Part shown: positions 27,435 through 28,248 of the stretch, piece by piece
How positions within the stretch are numbered: position 1 is the first letter of the stretch
Layout: each line of letters opens with the position of its first letter
Notes under the pieces: model-generated
Seen by the model: the letters and a program-made list of their open reading frames with translations, nothing else
Database searches by the model: none
Told to the model about the DNA's origin: nothing
Translations under genes and position numbers: made by a program
Virus record (IMG/VR): IMGVR_UViG_3300042402_000187
Location: 1 to 28,248 of that record
DNA length: 28,248 nucleotides
From: a virus
Taxonomy: Duplodnaviria; Caudoviricetes
Direction: 5' to 3' (one strand)

Positions 27435-28248
27435 TATAGAAGAAGCGTTAGCACAACTTGATCCTAAGTTGAGAAAAAGATTAGGTACTGGAGTAGGTGT
27501 AAACTATGAATACCAGCCTACACCTAGTTACGGATTAAACCGTGCACTGGGAGGCGGTCTACCATATGGCAGACAAGTTCTTATCTGGGGTTCAAAGTCT
27601 TCTGCAAAGTCTTCTATGTGCCTTCAGATGATTGCTCTAGCGCAAGCAGAAGGAAAACTGTGTGCTTGGATTGATTCAGAAATGTCATACTCAGAAGACT
27701 GGGCTAGAACTTTGGGGGTAGATCCAGAAAAACTAATCTACTCACAAGCAAGAACTATTAGTGACATGGTAGATGTTGGTGTTGGCTTAATGAATGCTGG
27801 AGTTGATTTAATAGTGGTAGACTCTATTACATCAATGCTTCCAGCAATCTATTTTGAAAAAGATACAGATGAAATGAAAGCCTTAGAAAATACAAAACAG
27901 ATTGGAGCAGAATCCCGTGACTTTAGTAACGCATGGAAAATGCTTAACTATGCAAACAATAAAGTTAAGCCAACTTTGCTTGTTCTTATTTCTCAGTCTC
28001 GTAACAATATCAATGCTATGTATACTAGCCAGCAGCCTTCTGGTGGTCAGGCTACTAAGTTTTATTCCTCATGTATTGTTAAACTCTTTTCTTCAGAGTC
28101 AGACAATCAAGCGATTAAGGGCAAGATCAAGGTAGGAGATAAATTAATTGAAGAAAAGATTGGTAGAACTATTAAGTGGGAACTCCAGTTCTCCAAAACC
28201 TCTCCAGGGTTCCAGTCTGGTGAGTATGATTTTTATTTCAGAGGTGAC
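27424..28248 (+). CDS. recA: RecA-like recombinase (3' truncated by window; absent from ORF track)
   Basis: Manual translation from ATG 27424 (SD GGAGG at 27413-27417) stays open for 275 codons: LNRALGGGLPYGR, WGSKSSAKS, WIDSE, LGVD, LIVVDSIT, ISQSR and SGGQATKFYSS. Confidence 0.92.
   Translation, partial: MSVSIEEALAQLDPKLRKRLGTGVGVNYEYQPTPSYGLNRALGGGLPYGRQVLIWGSKSSAKSSMCLQMIALAQAEGKLCAWIDSEMSYSEDWARTLGVDPEKLIYSQARTISDMVDVGVGLMNAGVDLIVVDSITSMLPAIYFEKDTDEMKALENTKQIGAESRDFSNAWKMLNYANNKVKPTLLVLISQSRNNINAMYTSQQPSGGQATKFYSSCIVKLFSSESDNQAIKGKIKVGDKLIEEKIGRTIKWELQFSKTSPGFQSGEYDFYFRGD

Noticed and set aside
27902-28135. 77-aa + strand ORF in the track
   Set aside because: It is out of frame within the RecA-like gene.
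21036-28248. Inteins or introns in DnaB, DnaE or RecA
   Set aside because: Protein lengths are normal, usual insertion points (GKS, YSFNKSH) are uninterrupted, and no splicing motifs were seen.
63-28248. Stop-codon reassignment
   Set aside because: Coding density is near complete under the standard code. Genes end in TAA or TAG at sensible positions.

Overview
Fragment of a tailed dsDNA phage (siphovirus-type tail), with every supportable gene on the + strand and GC roughly in the high-30s % (estimated by eye). The tail module (63-19836) holds the major tail protein, two paralogous tail assembly chaperones, a 3477-aa tape measure protein, Dit-like and Tal/hub-like proteins, and four smaller minor tail proteins. 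A Zn-ribbon plus MerR-like HTH pair follows, then a replication module: two small unknowns, DnaB helicase, an unknown, primase, ssDNA-binding protein, DnaE-type polymerase and a RecA-like gene that runs off the window end and is missing from the ORF track. Gene order and protein families resemble large actinobacterial siphoviruses, from recollection rather than a search. The most striking observations are: (1) the usual frameshifted G/GT chaperone pair appears replaced by a gene duplication, with an in-frame GT gene and a separate G gene, each with its own promoter; (2) the tetramer AGCT (and also CCGG) was not found anywhere in 28 kb by manual scan; (3) there are two promoter classes, -10-only and partly leaderless for tail genes versus TTGACA-N17/18 for replication genes, mostly embedded in upstream coding sequence; (4) the tape measure protein carries two copies of one motif, each next to a large uncharacterised segment. 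No tRNA, CRISPR, intein or mobile element was seen.
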